63,667 nucleotides of DNA, filler included, from Octopus bimaculoides (GCF_001194135.2; 6 parts of 6 records of this genome joined end to end with filler, not necessarily neighbours in it), one strand, 5' to 3'; shown: positions 12,108-25,424, counted from the first letter of the whole stretch. Translations and numbers: made by a program. Notes: generated from the letters alone by a model not told the origin.

Positions 12108-13044
12108 NNNNNNNNNNNNNNNNNNNNNNNNNNNNNNNNNNNNNNNNNNNNNNNNNNNNNNNNNNNNNNNNNNNNNNNNNNNNNNNNNNNNNNNNNNNNN
12201 NNNNNNNNNNNNNNNNNNNNNNNNNNNNNNNNNNNNNNNNNNNNNNNNNNNNNNNNNNNNNNNNNNNNNNNNNNNNNNNNNNNNNNNNNNNNNNNNNNNN
12301 NNNNNNNNNNNNNNNNNNNNNNNNNNNNNNNNNNNNNNNNNNNNNNNNNNNNNNNNNNNNNNNNNNNNNNNNNNNNNNNNNNNNNNNNNNNNNNNNNNNN
12401 NNNNNNNNNNNNNNNNNNNNNNNNNNNNNNNNNNNNNNNNNNNNNNNNNNNNNNNNNNNNNNNNNNNNNNNNNNNNNNNNNNNNNNNNNNNNNNNNNNNN
12501 NNNNNNNNNNNNNNNNNNNNNNNNNNNNNNNNNNNNNNNNNNNNNNNNNNNNNNNNNNNNNNNNNNNNNNNNNNNNNNNNNNNNNNNNNNNNNNNNNNNN
12601 NNNNNNNNNNNNNNNNNNNNNNNNNNNNNNNNNNNNNNNNNNNNNNNNNNNNNNNNNNNNNNNNNNNNNNNNNNNNNNNNNNNNNNNNNNNNNNNNNNNN
12701 NNNNNNNNNNNNNNNNNNNNNNNNNNNNNNNNNNNNNNNNNNNNNNNNNNNNNNNNNNNNNNNNNNNNNNNNNNNNNNNNNNNNNNNNNNNNNNNNNNNN
12801 NNNNNNNNNNNNNNNNNNNNNNNNNNNNNNNNNNNNNNNNNNNNNNNNNNNNNNNNNNNNNNNNNNNNNNNNNNNNNNNNNNNNNNNNNNNNNNNNNNNN
12901 NNNNNNNNNNNNNNNNNNNNNNNNNNNNNNNNNNNNNNNNNNNNNNNNNNNNNNNNNNNNNNNNNNNNNNNNNNNNNNNNNNNNNNNNNNNNNNNNNNNN
13001 NNNNNNNNNNNNNNNNNNNNNNNNNNNNNNNNNNNNNNNNNNNN

Positions 13045-13470
13045 AAGCAACGTTTTGAAACAAAATTCATCTCAATATATTTCAACAATGTGGAAATTCT
13101 ATTCATCAAAGTTCCATTACAATCAATACATTTTTTCCAGTGAGTTACAAGTTTGTTTATTCCGGTAACATAAAAATCTGGAGTTCTGGAGCTGATGAAC
13201 TATTTGAACGTACTTTCAACATCGGTTTGATTTTTGAACTGCTTCTTTCGCAGGAAACTATCAAGGTGCTTGAAAAAGTGGTAGTCGGTAGGAGAAAGGT
13301 CTGGGGAATACGTTGGTTGAGGAAGAACTTCATAGCCAAGTTCCTTCCACTCCTGGAGCATCATTAGTGAAACGTGTGGTCAAAGATTGTCATGAAGAAT
13401 AATTGGCCCTCTTCTGTTGACCAGTCTGGGATGGAAGAGTAACAGTTTTCCATTCATTTTGGCAAATCCA
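13045..13470 (-). mobile_element. mariner transposase C-terminal fragment
   Basis: Minus strand LVNRRGPIILHDN..GYEVLPQPTYSPDLSPTDYHFFKHLDSFL..WKKCIDCNG. Confidence 0.9.
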
Positions 13471-13699
13471 TGCAATACATTGCAGCTGCAACCATCCCTC
13501 CCTTTTTTTAGTCAGTCTATCTAAGGTAATTTAGCTGCTATTTCTTGCAAACTGAAGGATCCCTTCCAAGCTGCCTTGTTGCTTGAAACAAGCTCTTATA
13601 ATCTCTGCAATATTTAGCTCTTCTCTTTCCATTTTTCTCTCAATATACAGTCTTTCTTTCAGTTAATTTTGCAAAGTTTTTTTCTTCCATTTCACTTGT

Positions 13700-14040
13700 T
13701 ATAGCCATTAGGCTGCAGCCATGCGGGGGGTGCTGCTTTGAAGAATTTTAATTGAACGAATTGATCTCAGTACTTATGTTTTTGTCTTTAAAGCCTGCCA
13801 CTTATCCAATCAGTTTCTTTTGCCTAACTGCTAAGTCATGGGGACATAAACCCACCAACACCGGTTGTCGAGTGGTTGTGGGGGACAAAAACACACACAT
13901 GCATATGACAGGCTTCTTTCAGTTTCTGTCAACCAAATCCAATCACAAGGCTTTGGTTGGCCAAGGCTTCAGTAGAAGACACTTGCCCTAGGTACCAACC
14001 ACACAGTGGGACTGAACCCAGAATCATGTGGTTGGGAAAC
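13700..14040 (-). mobile_element. SINE family A copy (diverged)
   Basis: Body and head motifs. Confidence 0.8.
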
Positions 14041-14199
14041 AAATGGTGAAGAATTTAGTAAAATAACTGTCACTATTAAGCTTTTGTTTGAAATATAAAT
14101 TATTATGGAACTTCAATGAAACATTTAAATTTCAATTATTTTATAATATGAAGTTTGTATCTTAGTACAAGGGATGGTCTCAGACAGGTTGGTATAAAA

Positions 14200-14540
14200 A
14201 CGGTTAGGGTAAAGACCTCCTTTGGTCATTAATGACCATGGGATTGCACCTAGGAAGTTCCCCTCTGAGGAACAAGTCCAGGCAAGGTTGTTCATGGAAG
14301 ACACCAACTGTCGCCCATGCATACCAGCTCCCCCTCTCTGTGCCACCGATGTTATCCAAGGAAAAGACAAAAGCTGATACAGCTTGGCAATAGTGATGTT
14401 GCAACACATTGCTACAGCTGTGTGAACTGGAGCAACGTGAAATAAAGTGCCTTGCTCAAGGACGCAACAGAAAGCCCAGTCTAGGAATCAAACTCATTAC
14501 CTGATGATTGTAAGCCTGACACTCTAACCATTGATCCATG
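14200..14540 (-). mobile_element. SINE family B copy
   Basis: Reverse complement of the 11660-11970 body. Confidence 0.8.
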
Positions 14541-14899
14541 CACCTTTACTTCAAAATGATTAAAGTTATCATTTAACCCCGAGTCAGTACTGACCCAAAG
14601 TCTAAAGGATTTCAACTATGACTATCCTATCTTTTTTTTATTCAAATGTAGTGTATCACATCATCATCATTTAGCGTCCATTGTCCATGCTGGCATGGGT
14701 TGGACAGTTTGACTGGCCTGGCATGCTGGAAGACCACACCATTTATCTTCAGTGCCTTTTTTTTGTTGTTCATAGGTAAAGTGTAATTTGATAAAAATTT
14801 GGCTGTTATCTCTAATAGGTATGTGACCACTTTCCAGGCTCTTTATTGGTTCGAAATTATAACATTTTATTTATTGCTGTTTTTTTTTTTAACTCTTTA

Positions 14900-15117
14900 A
14901 CTTAAACTGGCCATATCTGGCCCAAGTTTTTTATCTGTTTTATTTTTTCAAACTGGCCAGATCTAATCTCTCACACCTACTCTACAATGTCATTCTACAT
15001 ACAGATAAACAATCATTGAACGTTCACATTTATGAAATAATGCATGTTTAACTGAAAACAATGGGAATAAGTAAGTATAACATTTGACAGGGAAATCTGA
15101 ATGCTAAATGGTTAATT
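14900..15117 (-). mobile_element. TTAA-bounded piggyBac-type MITE (diverged)
   Basis: Reverse-complement match to the ~220-bp MITE at 19026-19860 and 23830-24480; ends tgctaaatggTTAA. Confidence 0.6.
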
Positions 15118-15552
15118 CCAGGTCATTTTTGGGAGCCAGTAGATCTATAATGAAAGACATTCCAGTCTGTGGCTATCCCATCTATTCTAACCAAGCAAAA
15201 TATAGCATAGCTTGGGCTATGTTATCTTATATGTCTTTCTTTTTTTTTTAGATAATAGGTGTGATTAAAGGAGATTTGACTGTAGTAAAAATCTCATGAT
15301 TCTCGATATAGATGAAGGGTGATATGCTTTTCCATGCTTGCATGGGTTAGATGGAATTTGTTATGTGCACTTTCTATGGCCAGATGCCCTTCTTGTCACC
15401 AACTCTCACCTGTTTCCAAGCAAGGTAATATTTCCCTGTGATGGACATGTTTTCACAGAAAATTGGAAATGAAGGACACTGCTTGTATGTTGGTGACATT
15501 TGTTTACAACTGTCATGTGACATCAAGAGAAGGAGACACAAACACCCATGTT

Positions 15553-15590
<38 letters not shown>

Positions 15591-15599
15591 TGTATGAAT

Positions 15600-16290
15600 G
15601 TATATGGTAGGCTTCTTTCAGTTTCCATCTACCAAATCCAGTTACAAGGCTTTGGTCAAACCTGAAGCTATAGTAGAAGACACTTGCCCAAGATTTCATG
15701 TAGTGGGGACTGAACCTGAGACCATGTGGTTGGGAAGTAATTTTCTTATCACACAGCTACACCTGTGCCTAGCCATACCTGGCTAATTAAATCATTTCTC
15801 TGTCCAATTCATTGTTGCATTTTGCAATACGAATCACTCAGCTGCAATGAAGCATGGAATGTCTGAACCAACACTTGGTATGGACACACTTGTTGACCCA
15901 GTAGAGAGGCCATTGTTGTTTGGTATGGGCATACCTGTTGGCCCAGTAGGATGGAGCTCTCTCATCAGCTCAGCATCATCGACACCATGCATTTACATAT
16001 ATATATATATATATACTCTTTTACTTGTTTCAGTCTTTTGATTGTGGCCATGCTGGGGCACCGCCTCTAGTCGAGCAAATCAACCCCAGGACTTATTCTT
16101 TGTAAGCCTAGTACTTATTCTATCGGTCTCTTTTGCCGAACCACTAAGTGACGGGGACGTAAACACACCAGCATCGGTTGTCAAGCGATGTTGGGTGGAC
16201 AAACACAGACACAAACATACACACACATACATATATATACATATATACGATGGGCTTCTTTCAGTTTCTGTCTACCAAATCCACTCACAA
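15600..16290 (-). mobile_element. Two SINE family A copies
   Basis: Head at 15600-15770; young copy at 16015-16290 running into a gap. Confidence 0.85.
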
Positions 16291-16780
16291 NNNNNNNNNN
16301 NNNNNNNNNNNNNNNNNNNNNNNNNNNNNNNNNNNNNNNNNNNNNNNNNNNNNNNNNNNNNNNNNNNNNNNNNNNNNNNNNNNNNNNNNNNNNNNNNNNN
16401 NNNNNNNNNNNNNNNNNNNNNNNNNNNNNNNNNNNNNNNNNNNNNNNNNNNNNNNNNNNNNNNNNNNNNNNNNNNNNNNNNNNNNNNNNNNNNNNNNNNN
16501 NNNNNNNNNNNNNNNNNNNNNNNNNNNNNNNNNNNNNNNNNNNNNNNNNNNNNNNNNNNNNNNNNNNNNNNNNNNNNNNNNNNNNNNNNNNNNNNNNNNN
16601 NNNNNNNNNNNNNNNNNNNNNNNNNNNNNNNNNNNNNNNNNNNNNNNNNNNNNNNNNNNNNNNNNNNNNNNNNNNNNNNNNNNNNNNNNNNNNNNNNNNN
16701 NNNNNNNNNNNNNNNNNNNNNNNNNNNNNNNNNNNNNNNNNNNNNNNNNNNNNNNNNAGAAAGTATTATTGAAATAGGTC

Positions 16781-17280
16781 ATTGATAATGCTGTGTGAGG
16801 CCCTTAAATGACTCTTAAGCCCTGCCAAACATTTGCACATTTTATTGCATAATGCACAGTTGTGCTGGGGCTGGCAGAAGGAACCGGTGCCACAGTATGA
16901 AGTCTTTTGACATGGCCTTTTCAATCCTCCAACTGAACGGCACACCTTTCTTTCCACAGCCTTCATGTGTCCTGGTGTCAACAATAGCTGTATCATTTCT
17001 TTACAAGGGGTTGATTCCCAGTGGCTTCTTTTATGGCTGACCAGGCCTGCAGGACTCCATGCATTTCCTTCTACAAATCACGCACACAGACGTGTTGATC
17101 CTTTGTGATAAGCAGTATCCATCAACCGGACATGATCCTTGTTTACGTTTCCCAACACACTTGGACACTTGTTCCCAACACACTTCGACACTTGTTCCCA
17201 GCAACCAGCTGCTCTGCAACCTCCCCCCTCTCTCTCATCCACTGAGCTCTTAGCACAATAACACAGGTATTTCAACATTT
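16781..17280 (-). pseudogene. LINE 3' end with three degenerate C2H2-like zinc fingers
   Basis: Minus strand with frameshifts: CVICRRKC..AGLVSHKRSH; C..KVCRSVGGLKR; CALCNKMCKCLAGLKSHLRA. Confidence 0.7.
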
Positions 17281-17282
17281 CC

Positions 17283-17335
<53 letters not shown>

Positions 17336-18899
17336 TGCATGCACACAGAACTTACTTTTCTCACACATTTCATACATACACTTCATTATTGATATATACA
17401 TACATATATATTTATATATCACACCACTCCCCGCGCACTTATTCACACATACATAATCATCTGCACACGCACACACAAACACACACACACACAAGCATAC
17501 ATACACACACATTCTTTACATTCCTTTATCTTGTGATTGGTGCTTGTAACACTTAACTGTGACAATCCCATTTATTATGAGTGTTGGTCACCACTGTATT
17601 TATGGATCTCGGTTACTAACCATTCTTGAATAACAACAATCCGTAGCCTTTGTCATTTGTTGTAGATACTCTGAGTGTCTGCATCTGCACAATTGCTTTC
17701 CATGAAGCAGGTCTACGGAATGATTTCTTTTCTTTTATTTCTTCACCTTTCTTTGTCGAACCCCATCAGTTGCGAATAACTGCAGGATACCCCTGTCCAC
17801 TCCTCTGGAGCACAGCTAATACAGCTTGCTACCGAGTCTGTTGAAGGTATTACTGTTTGAACTCAAAGAATCCAAACTCATACTGCAATGAGGACAAACA
17901 TTCCACTGGTCCCCTGCCTGTGACTGTTCTTTCTTTATCAACATCGAAAGGATGAAATGCAGAGTTGACTTTCGGTGAGATCTAAACTCACATTGCCGAA
18001 GTGCCTGTTTTCTCTTATACATGCAAAGCCATTGCTAGAAAGTATTATTGAAATAGGTCTTTCAATGATACATTCCCCCTTGTTTTTAAAAAAATGTAGG
18101 TTGTGATTTTGAGGGGGATTTGGCTGCTAGTTTTAGTAGACCAGTTTTGTGGAAAAGATGTTGATTAAAAAGATCCAGCTGCCTGATTGATATTTTATTT
18201 TATTGATCCCCAGAAGCACAAAGTTGACTCCATCTAGATTTGAATAAATTGTTCTACTATTTGTTCAATTGATGGGTGAACCTCTCTGAGGTTGCTTAGC
18301 CTGCTAGAAAAAGCAGCTATTGCACTATAACACTTTGAATATCAAGACAGGACACATTCGATGATAATGTAGTTTTCATCCTCATCATCATCATCTGGTG
18401 AAGCTTGCTTGGATATTGTCTTTCAATTGCTAATTTCATGTCTGTGGATGCAGGCCGGATCTTCATCATCATCTGGCAGATGCGCATGCACACACACACA
18501 CACACGTATACCATGGGCTTCTGTCAGTTTCCATCTACCAAATCCATACACAAGGATAGTTATAGAAGAAGACACTCCCCCAAGGTGCCACGTAGTGGGA
18601 CTGAATCTGGAACCATGTGGTTTGGAAGCAAATTTCTTACTGCACAGCCATGCCTGCACTTATTTATTCATGTTTGTTTTGAAATATTCAAACATTACCT
18701 CATTGCTCACCCAAAGGTTTCAAGTTCAATCCCTGCTGAAGGTGGCATTTAAATAACAGCAGGAGGAGACATAGGAGTCACTACCTAGGTGGGCTCAGTT
18801 CCCTTAGAGTGTCAGGTTGAAACATTTGCTTGATGGGAGTTCTTCCCCTGAAGATTTCTGCTGCTGTCCACTTGCCCCTTAGCAAGTTTCCACTGATTA

Positions 18900-19860
18900 T
18901 AGTTTTGAAATTTCAATGATATGATTGTTTATTTTTAGAATGACATTGTAGGGTCGGTGTGAGAGACCAGATCAGGCCAGTTTGAATGTAAAACAGGTAG
19001 AAAATTTGGGCTGAATATGACTGGTTTAACCCCTTAGCATTCAGATTAACTCTGTCAAATGTAAAGCTTATTTATTCCTCATTGTTTTGAATTAATCCTG
19101 TTTTATCTCATAGCTTTGAAATGTCAGTGGTGTAACTGTTTACTTTCAGAATGTCATTGTTGGTATGTGCAAGAGGCCAACTCTGGCTGGTTTCAGCATT
19201 AAATAGGTACAATGTTGTTGTTGGCACTCCGTTGCTTACGGTGTCGAGGGTTCCAGTTGATCCGATCAACGGAACAGCCTGCTCGTGAAATTAACGTGCA
19301 AGTGGCTGAGCACTCCACAGACACGTGTACCCTTAACGTAGTTCTCGGGGATATTTCAGCGTGACACAGTGTGACAAGGCTGACCCTTTGAATTACAGGC
19401 ACAACAGAAACAGGAAGAAAGAGTGAGAGAATGTTGTGGTGGAAGAGTACAGCAGGGTTCGCCACCATTCCCTGCCAGAGCCTCATGGAGCTTTAGGTGT
19501 TTTCGCTCAATAAACACTCACAACGCCCGGTCTGAGAATCGAAACAGCGATCCTATGACCGCAAATCTGCTGCCCTAACCACTGGGCCATTGTGTCTCCA
19601 CAAATAGGTACAATACTTAGGCAGGATACGGCAGGTTTAAACCTTTGCCATTCACATTATTCTATCAAATGTACTGCTTATTTATCTACATTGTTTTAAC
19701 TTAATCCTGTATTTATCTTGTAGCTTTGAGATTTTGGTGATGTGATTGTTTATTTTTAGAATGACATTGTAGGATAAACGTGAGAGGCCAGATGTGGCCA
19801 ATTTGAACATAAAACAGGCAGACTATTTAGGCTGAATATGGCTGGTTTAAATGCTTCTAG
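18900..19860 (+). mobile_element. Tandem piggyBac-type MITE units (~220 bp), one interrupted by a SINE
   Basis: TTAAcccc/tttagca termini; the unit is repeated at 23250-23600 (-), 23830-24480 and 20380-20460. Confidence 0.7.
19214..19601 (-). mobile_element. Young tRNA-derived SINE family C with 13-bp TSD
   Basis: TSD aaataggtacaat at 19201-19213 and 19602-19614; A box tggcccagtgg, B box gtttcgattc; (CAA)n tail. Confidence 0.9.
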
Positions 19861-20330
19861 AAAGGAAAAAAGTAAAGTTGATCACAGTGGGAAATGTATG
19901 AGATCCTCCACCCCCTCTCATTTGTTTTCAACTCATGAATGCCACAAGAATGGTCAGTCGGCAACAGCTGGTTGACTGTATATATATATATATATATATA
20001 AAAAAAAATCAGATGACATATTGGATTTCAAGACTTCTTTGTTCTAATTGTTGGCTTATCTGGTAAATGCTGTGTCTGATGTAGAGACAGAGGGGTTTGA
20101 TTCCATTTTAAATGTCATTGTTTTTAGCTATAAGGTACAGGCATGGCTTGTGGTAAGCAGTTGGCTTCCCAACCGCATGGTCCTAGGTTCAGTCCCACTG
20201 CGGAGCACCTTGGGTAAAGTGTCTTCTACTATAGCCCTAGACTGGCCAAAGCCCTGTGGGTGGATTTAGTAGACAGAAATTGAAAGAAGTTTGTCGGATG
20301 TGTGTGTGTATGTGCATGTGTCTGTGTGCG

Positions 20331-20382
<52 letters not shown>

Positions 20383-20489
20383 TATGTATGTATATAATGC
20401 ATGATTAATTCAAAGCAATGTGAATTAATAAGCATTACAATCTGAATGCCAAAGGGTTAACTGATAATGATGATGATGATGATGATGAT

Positions 20490-20910
20490 GGTGGTTCAGT
20501 GATTAGAGCAACAAGGTCACAATCAAGAGGTAGTTAGTTCGATTCCCAGACCAGGCTGGTCTTCCATAAACAGCCTTGCCTGGACTTGTGCCTTAGAGGG
20601 GAACTTTCTAGGTGCAATCCCAGGGTCAGTCATGACCGAAGGGGGTCTTTGTGAGTTTGATTCCCGGACTGAGTTCTGTGTTGTGTTCTTGAGCAAGACA
20701 CTTTATTTCACGTTGCTCCAGTTCACTCAGCTGTAGAAATGAGTTGTGACGTCACTGGTACCAAGCTGTATCACCCTTTGCCTTTCCCTTGGACAACATT
20801 GGTGGCCGTGGCATGGAGAGGAGAGGCTAGTATGTATGGGTGATTGCTGGTCTTCCATGCACAACTTTACCCAGACTTGTGCCTCGAAGGGGATCTTACT
20901 AGGTGCAATC
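20490..20910 (+). mobile_element. SINE family B, rearranged or dimeric copy
   Basis: 3' body precedes a second head/body. Confidence 0.7.
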
Positions 20911-21596
20911 TTTAACTAATGATGATCATGATGACAAAAATCTATCAACTTGGGCAAGATTAATTAGTGTTAATGATCTGACAAAGTAATTAGGGTGCTT
21001 CCACTAAAGAGGGACTTTCTATTGAGGAAACAAGAGAATCTCTATGGAGCCAATAAGGGAATGTTCACTGAAGCAGAAAAAATATTTCACCAGGGCAGAG
21101 GGAGACCTTCTACTGTGCTAATTAGAAGGTGTTTTACCTTGATTGGAACCTGGTGAGGGTTGGCAACAAGAAAGACTTTCTGGCCCTAGAAAATCCACCT
21201 CAATAAGCTCTGTCTGAGCCAGGTGTGCATGGAGATGTGGATATTAAAATGATGAGGATGATAATGATGTGTGTATGTGTATTGCAAGGTAGTGGCTGTT
21301 ATTTTTTTTTATCTACTAATGGTTTTTGTGTGTGTGTGTGCATGAGAGAATGGGAGACTTGTGTCATATCATGGCCACTGTGATCTCCAAGTGGGCACTT
21401 AAAAACAATTGGCGGTGACCTCTTATAGAGTAAGCTGTATTGTGACCAAATGTGTGTGTGTGTGTGTGTGTAAATTTAAACATCTGTTTGTGTGTATACA
21501 CATTTGTGTTGTAGGTTGTGTATGAGCATATGTCTCTCTCTCTCTCTCTCTCTCTNNNNNNNNNNTACACATTTGTGTTGTAGGTTGTGTATGAGC

Positions 21597-21645
<49 letters not shown>

Positions 21646-22932
21646 TCCCTCTCTCTATGTGTGTGTGTGTGTTAGTTTGTGTATGTTAGATTATAATAAG
21701 TGTAAAGAAACCAGCTCTTCATTAAATTGTGTTTTGTTGAAATAAGAGCACAACTCTCTACCTCTTACTGTCTCTTCTGTTTTTTTTCTTTACTCTCCTT
21801 CACACACACACACACACACACGCACATATGGTAATGTAAAAAACGTATACAAGTGTATTTATGGACACATGCACACCCACAAATACACATGTACTTATAA
21901 AAGAAACCCTATGTGGCTGTGTGGTTAAGAAGCTTGGCTTTGCAACTACATGATTCCAGGTTCAGTCCCACTACAGGCCACTTTGGGAAAGTGTCTTCTA
22001 CTATAGCCCTGGGCACCAGCTAATGCATTCTGAGTAGATTTGGTTGATGGAAATTGTGTGGAAGCCCATCTCACACACACACACACACACATAGTTCATC
22101 ATTTTTTCATCATTTAATGTCCGTTTTCCATGCTGGTATGGGTTGGATGGTTTGACAGGAGCTGCCCAGACACCATGTCTGTTTTGACATANNNNNNNNN
22201 NNNNNNNNNNNNNNNNNNNNNNNNNNNNNNNNNNNNNNNNNNNNNNNNNNNNNNNNNNNNNNNNNNNNNNNNNNNNNNNNNNNNNNNNNNNNNNNNNNNN
22301 NNNNNNNNNNNNNNNNNNNNNNNNNNNNNNNNNNNNNNNNNNNNNNNNNNNNNNNNNNNNNNNNNNNNNNNNNNNNNNNNNNNNNNNNNNNNNNNNNNNN
22401 NNNNNNNNNNNNNNNNNNNNNNNNNNNNNNNNNNNNNNNNNNNNNNNNNNNNNNNNNNNNNNNNNNNNNNNNNNNNNNNNNNNNNNNNNNNNNNNNNNNN
22501 NNNNNNNNNNNNNNNNNNNNNNNNNNNNNNNNNNNNNNNNNNNNNNNNNNNNNNNNNNNNNNNNNNNNNNNNNNNNNNNNNNNNNNNNNNNNNNNNNNNN
22601 NNNNNNNNNNNNNNNNNNNNNNNNNNNNNNNNNNNNNNNNNNNNNNNNNNNNNNNNNNNNNNNNNNNNNNNNNNNNNNNNNNNNNNNNNNNNNNNNNNNN
22701 NNNNNNNNNNNNNNNNNNNNNNNNNNNNNNNNNNNNNNNNNNNNNNNNNNNNNNNNNNNNNNNNNNNNNNNNNNNNNNNNNNNNNNNNNNNNNNNNNNNN
22801 NNNNNNNNNNNNNNNNNNNNNNNNNNNNNNNNNNNNNNNNNNNNNNNNNNNNNNNNNNNNNNNNNNNNNNNNNNNNNNNNNNNNNNNNNNNNNNNNNNNN
22901 NNNNNNNNNNNNNNNNNNNNNNNNNNNNNNNN

Positions 22933-23046
22933 CTTTGTAAGCCTAGTACTTATTCTATCGGTCTCTTTTGCCGAACCGCTAAGTTACGGAGACGTAAACA
23001 CACCATCAAGCGATGTTGGGGGACAAACACAAACACACAAACACAT

Positions 23047-23081
<35 letters not shown>

Positions 23082-23250
23082 CATATATACGACGGGCTTC
23101 TTTCAGTTTCCGTCTACCAAATCCACTCACAAGGCTTTGGTCGGCCCGAGGCTATAGTAGAAGACACTTACCCAAAGTGCCACGCAATGGGACTGAACCC
23201 GGAACCATGTGGTTGGTTAGCAAGCTACTTACCACACAGCCACTCCTGCA
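22933..23250 (-). mobile_element. Young SINE family A copy
   Basis: CpG-retaining body and head. Confidence 0.9.
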
Positions 23251-23829
23251 TCTATTGTTTATTTTAAGAACGACATTGTACGGTACATGTGAGAGGCTGG
23301 ATTGGGCCAGTTTGAACATAAAACAGGTAGAAAATTTGGGTTGGATATGGCTGGTTTAAAGGCTAAAGGATTGAAGTAATCAGTGTTTAAATCGGTCAAA
23401 TCTGGCTCAAATATTGCATGTTTTACATTCAAACTGGCCGTATCTAGCCTGTCATCCCTAACCAATGCTAACACTCTAAAAATAAACAATCACATCATCG
23501 AAATCTCAAAGCCACTAGGTAATGCATGATTAATTCAAAACAATGTGGATTAATAAGCAACACATTTGACCGAATAATTTGAGCATTAAAGGGTTAAGTG
23601 AGATGGTGGATTGGCAGATTTGTTAGGGTTGTACGAAATGCCTTGTAGTATCTAATTACGGTCCTTTATGTTCTGAGTTGAAATCCCACTATAATCAGCT
23701 TTTTCTTTCATCATTCTGGGACGCAATAAAATTAAATAACAATTCTAGGACGAGGAATAGTTTTAATCAACTGATACTGTTGTCTCTCTCCCAGGCTTCT
23801 GGGAATCCTAAACGAATTCTCTTAATTTG

Positions 23830-24480
23830 ATTTGCACATTCAACTCTTTTAGTATTCATATTACCCTGTCAAATGAAATGCTTATCTATTCACATTGGCT
23901 TGAATTAATCATCCGTTATCTCACAGCTTTGAGGTTTCAATGATGTGATTGTTTTTAGAATGATATTGTAAGGTAGGTGCGAGAAGTCAGATCTGGCCAG
24001 TTTGAACATAAAATAGATAGGATATTTGGGCCAGACATGGCTGGTTTAACCCTTTAACATTCATATTACCCTGTCAAATGTAATGCTTATTTATCCACAT
24101 TGGTTTGAATTGATCATCCGTTATTNNNNNNNNNNNNNNNNNNNNNNNNNNNNNNNNNNNNNNNNNNNNNNNNNNNNNAATCATCCGTTATCTCACAGCT
24201 TTGAGGTTTCAATGATGTGATTGTTTTTAGAATGATATTGTAAGGTAGGTGCGAGAAGTCAGATCTGGCCAGTTTGAACATAAAATAGATAGGATATTTG
24301 GGCCAGACATGGCTGGTTTAACCCTTTAACATTCATATTACCCTGTCAAATGTAATGCTTATTTATCCACATTGGTTTGAATTGATCATCCGTTATTTGG
24401 TAGCTTTGAGATTTTGATGATACGATTGTTTATTTTTAGGATGACATTGGAGAGTAGGTGAAATGCTGCATCTGGCCTGT
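23830..24480 (+). mobile_element. Tandem piggyBac-type MITE units (partly an assembly duplication)
   Basis: Units joined at ggtTTAAcccttt; 24179-24397 is identical to 23908-24125 across the gap. Confidence 0.7.
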
Positions 24481-24983
24481 TTAAACATATAACAGGTAGA
24501 ATACGAAATGTGATACAAATAATATATGAGTATATGCATATATACGTACATGTATGTACATACCTACATCTACATGTACATATAGATGCATATCTGGGTA
24601 CAGGACGTTGCAAAAAAAACGTGGACAAAATGATAAACAGAGTACAGAAAACACACAGGCCACATGGAGAATATTTCCTTCATCAGCTGCCACCATTCTA
24701 AAACTAAAAAGGCTAAAGGAATGAATTCTGCTTGGTTTTCTCAGTGAAAAATCTGCTGTTTATTTAGCATGAATTTCAATCTACTTATTTTTTCCAGAAA
24801 AACTCTGACATCATAGTAGAACCTTAAGTTGTTGCTTTTGAGAGGAAGGGCTGCAAATTTTTGGTTCTGTATCAATAAAACATAAACTTGGTCCCAGACA
24901 ATATCTTTAACCCTTTAGCACAGAAAACACATATTATCACACTTAGTAAATACATCACATGAGGGTTCAGAGCAGGTGCTTAC

Positions 24984-25116
24984 AAAATGTAACTCATAAT
25001 ATTTCCTTTGAATGTGGAACAAGTCTTCAAAGTGATCTTGGTCTTGAGATGTCCAATTGCTTTGATTATTCTCAACTTGTAGAATCTCTATGGATTGATA
25101 TGGCATGGACACATTT
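24984..25116 (-). CDS. Weak candidate 133-bp coding exon (NVSMPYQSIEILQVENNQSNWTSQDQDHFEDLFHIQRKYYELHF)
   Basis: Acceptor ccttcttaactgcAG and donor GTAAGC; a single open frame ending in phase 0, compatible with the 10252 exon; no recognised motif. Confidence 0.3.
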
Positions 25117-25275
25117 CTGCAGTTAAGAAGGATGCTTCCTGATCATGTGATCTTGAGTTCAGTTGTGTGCCACCTTGGGCAAATGTCCGAAGCCTTGTGA
25201 GTGGATTTGGCAGACAGAAGCTGAAGGAAGCCCATCATACACGCACACGCACACACATGTATATATGTGTGTATG

Positions 25276-25322
<47 letters not shown>

Positions 25323-25424
25323 NNNNNNNNNNNNNNNNNNNNNNNNNNNNNNNNNNNNNNNNNNNNTTAATTAATTAANNNNNNNNNNNNNNNNNNNNNN
25401 NNNNNNNNNNNNNNNNNNNNNNGT

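Noticed and set aside
2553-13470. Mariner 5' half (2553-3309) and 3' half (13045-13470) as one split element
   Set aside because: Both are on the minus strand but in the wrong order for a single element.
19540-19601. tRNA-like A/B boxes here and in other SINE heads as tRNA genes
   Set aside because: They are followed by SINE bodies, tails and TSDs, and no complete cloverleaf is evident.
24179-24397. Exact duplications flanking short gaps (also 21566, 35049, 56853, 59533)
   Set aside because: 100% identical overlap on both sides of a gap indicates unmerged contig ends.
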